From Minisyncoccota bacterium (lineage in GTDB: Bacteria > Patescibacteriota > Minisyncoccia > Phycocordibacterales > UBA6065), in NCBI GenBank assembly GCA_041661645.1, contig JBAZUA010000005.1, positions 14,829 through 78,828 on the forward strand: DNA of 64,000 bases. Direction: 5' to 3'. Under the pieces are notes generated by a model. It searched no databases. It worked only from the letters and a program-made list of their open reading frames with translations, and was not told where the DNA came from. The translations under genes were made by a program, and so were the position numbers. This document shows, in pieces, positions 61,958-64,000 of the stretch; the first letter of the stretch is position 1, and each line of letters opens with the position of its first letter.

Positions 61958-63343
61958 ATGGCAAATTCAAGGGAACTTCAAATACTTCTCTCACTCAAAG
62001 ACGAGGCTTCGAAGAAGCTGAAGACGTTCGGCGAGGCTGCCGAGAAAACGTTCAAGGTGAGCCTGGTCGCAGCGACTGCCGCAGGAACGGCGATCGCTGC
62101 CTTTGGCGTTTCGTCCATAAAGGCGTTCGCCGAGTCTCAGGCGGAGATGGCGAAGTTCGAGGCGACCATGAAGAGCATACCGGGTGCGACCGACAAGACG
62201 CGCCAGGCCCTTCTCTCGGCGGCGTCCGCCGTTCGAAAGCTCGGCTTCGGCGACGAGGAGGCTTCGAACGCCATGGCGATGTTCTACCAGAGGACTAAAA
62301 GCACCACCGAGGCGATCAAGCTCAACACGATCGCCATGGACCTTGCCCGGGCGAAGAACATCGGCCTCTCTGACGCGGCCAACCTGGTCAACCAGGTGCT
62401 TTCGGGCAACGGAAAGGTGCTCAAGCAGTACGGTATAGACCTGAAGGATTCGGCGACGCCCTTGGAGGCGCTCGGCGAGCTCCATTCGAAGGTCCAGGGT
62501 CAGGCTTCGGCTTTCGCCACGACTCTTCAGGGCAGGATGATGCGCCTCTCGGAGACGTTCGGGGATCTCAAGGAGAAGATCGGCGAGGCTCTCTCTGACC
62601 TCGGCGCGGGCGGCATACTAGAGCGCGCGATTTCCTTGCTCGAGTCTATCGAGAAGATCGACTTTAAGGCGACATTCTCGGGTTGGAGGGATTCGATTGG
62701 AGACTTCATCACAAAATTTGATGAGCTCACCCATACATCGGAGTTCTTTATGCAGCTCTGGGCTACCGTCACCGAGTTTTTCAATACGTACCTCAAACCG
62801 TCATGGGACGGATTCGTGCAAACGCTCATAGACAACAAGGAGGTACTGCTTACACTCCTCGCAAATTTCACCAAATTCCTTGGAGTGATCTCGGCAGGCG
62901 CGCTCATTGCCGCGCTCACGGTGCTCACCACGATGTTCGAAGGTCTCGGACTCGCCATCAAGGGCGTCAAATGGTTCGTGGAGAGCCTCGCGGAAGCGTT
63001 CAGGGACGTCGCCACGTGGGTCGATAAGGCATTCAGCTCTCTTTCGAAGTTCGCCAACAAGTTCGGCCTGAGCTCGCTCTCGAAGGCTCTGTCCGGGATA
63101 GGAGGCTCAGTATCAAATTTCCTCGGCGGCGCTCGAGTGGACGACGCGATCATATCGCCGGACGGCAAGATCATCACGACGCACCCGGACGACTATCTCA
63201 TCGCCACGAAGGACCCGCACTCGCTCGCCGGCAACGGCGGAGGCGTGACGATCAACGTCTACGGAGACGTGTCCGGGCAGGATCTCATCGACAAGGTGAA
63301 GCGCGCGCTCGCCATGGACATTAAATATCAGGTACGAGTCTAA
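61958..63343 (+). CDS. Tail tape measure protein (short, 461 aa)
   Basis: Alpha-helical with central hydrophobic segments, in the canonical position. Confidence 0.65.
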   Translation: MANSRELQILLSLKDEASKKLKTFGEAAEKTFKVSLVAATAAGTAIAAFGVSSIKAFAESQAEMAKFEATMKSIPGATDKTRQALLSAASAVRKLGFGDEEASNAMAMFYQRTKSTTEAIKLNTIAMDLARAKNIGLSDAANLVNQVLSGNGKVLKQYGIDLKDSATPLEALGELHSKVQGQASAFATTLQGRMMRLSETFGDLKEKIGEALSDLGAGGILERAISLLESIEKIDFKATFSGWRDSIGDFITKFDELTHTSEFFMQLWATVTEFFNTYLKPSWDGFVQTLIDNKEVLLTLLANFTKFLGVISAGALIAALTVLTTMFEGLGLAIKGVKWFVESLAEAFRDVATWVDKAFSSLSKFANKFGLSSLSKALSGIGGSVSNFLGGARVDDAIISPDGKIITTHPDDYLIATKDPHSLAGNGGGVTINVYGDVSGQDLIDKVKRALAMDIKYQVRV

Positions 63344-64000
63344 TGATCACCGTAACCATCAATGCAGTAAATAGGTCGGACGACATCGATCAAACCTCTT
63401 CGGTGTACGAGGGAAGCGTAACGAAGGCTCCCTCGACTTTCTCGTTCTTCATGAAGAGGGTGGCGGGCGTCACGCTGCCGGCGATGGGCGACGAGGTGAT
63501 CGTCGAGGAGGATTCCGTCAGGATCTTCAAAGGAACCATCGTCGAGAGGGATGACGCCGCCGTGACCGGTCTCGTTCTCGGCACCGCCTTCACCTGCAAG
63601 GACGGCGTGCACGAATTCGACTCGCTTCTCGTCAGCAAGGCCTATAACGATACGGATGCCGTCGCGGTCGTCCAGGACATCGTGGACAACTTTGCGTCAG
63701 GCTTCACGCTCGACGCGCCATTGTCGTCTCCTGCGGTGAAGTCGCTGCGGTTCAACTACGAGCAGCCCTCTAAGTGCCTCCAAGCGCTCTGTCAGCAGAT
63801 CGGCTGGGACTGGTACATCGATCCGTTCGACGTCGTGCACTTCTTTCCGAAGGGCAATGAGTCAGCGCCTTTCGAGATCACCGATGACAACGGGAACGCG
63901 ATATACAACTCGCTCTCCTTCAGCTCGAACATCGTCGAGCTCAAGAACTCGGTCTTCCTACGCGGTGGCGAGTATCTCGACGAGGTAAGCGAGAGCGACG
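63343..64000 (+). CDS. Putative distal tail protein (Dit-like); 3' end truncated by the window edge
   Basis: TAATG overlap with the tape measure stop. The frame is open to the window end (MITVTINAVNRSDDIDQTSSVYEG...). Confidence 0.4.
   Translation, partial: MITVTINAVNRSDDIDQTSSVYEGSVTKAPSTFSFFMKRVAGVTLPAMGDEVIVEEDSVRIFKGTIVERDDAAVTGLVLGTAFTCKDGVHEFDSLLVSKAYNDTDAVAVVQDIVDNFASGFTLDAPLSSPAVKSLRFNYEQPSKCLQALCQQIGWDWYIDPFDVVHFFPKGNESAPFEITDDNGNAIYNSLSFSSNIVELKNSVFLRGGEYLDEVSESD

Larger units (their letters stand above)
39357..64000 (+). mobile_element. Prophage-like element (siphovirus/HK97-type); the right end lies beyond the window and no integrase is seen
   Basis: A contiguous block of + strand phage genes: RecT, PD-(D/E)xK nuclease-FtsK fusion, DnaD/DnaC-like, RusA-like, HNH, terminase large subunit, portal, prohead protease, HK97 major capsid, connectors, major tail, G/GT chaperone, tape measure, distal tail. 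Confidence 0.75.

Noticed and set aside
1-64000. CRISPR arrays, rRNA genes, integrase or transposase genes
   Set aside because: No regularly spaced short direct repeats, no rRNA-like conserved stretches, and no tyrosine or serine recombinase or DDE transposase motifs were seen anywhere in the window.

Overview
This window is GC-rich bacterial chromosome (roughly 58-62% GC by eye). Most genes are on the + strand and are separated by clear GC-rich hairpin plus T-run terminators. In order it contains:

- Positions 1-3.7 kb: a cell-envelope cluster. It holds a partial OmpA-like protein, a vWA lipoprotein, a type-IV-pilin-like protein and an unusual SsuA/NMT1-like binding protein fused to an OmpA-like domain.
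- 3.7-6.5 kb: a small stand-alone gene, a 2-TM coiled-coil membrane protein and a TelA-like protein.
- 6.6-9.6 kb: a NitT/TauT-family ABC importer (binding protein, permease, ATPase).
- 9.7-35 kb: housekeeping genes (zwf, ychF, leuS, mltG, mnmA, pepF, alaS), cell-wall enzymes, and several unusual domain fusions described in the findings.
- 34.9-39.1 kb: a compact translation operon, infA-rpmJ-rpsM-rpsK-rpsD-rpoA-rplQ-rplM-rpsI.
- About 39.36 kb to the window end: a prophage-like element with all genes on the + strand. It carries a recombination/replication module (RecT with a PD-(D/E)xK nuclease-FtsK fusion, DnaD/DnaC-like proteins, RusA-like, HNH, HerA-like ATPase), a high-GC glycosyltransferase cassette, and a complete HK97-type siphovirus morphogenesis module. 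The morphogenesis module has repeated extended -10 promoter plus leader-hairpin cassettes and a candidate poly-A -1 frameshift site for a G/GT chaperone. No integrase lies in the window. A degenerate tandem duplicate of the rpsI 3' end sits at the junction.

Most genes lack Shine-Dalgarno sequences. The host shows reduced-genome hallmarks (AlaRS without the C-Ala domain, DUF5671-like proteins). A CPR/Patescibacteria-like affiliation is an inference only.

No rRNA, tRNA or CRISPR array was recognised. All coordinates and motifs come from manual reading and translation.
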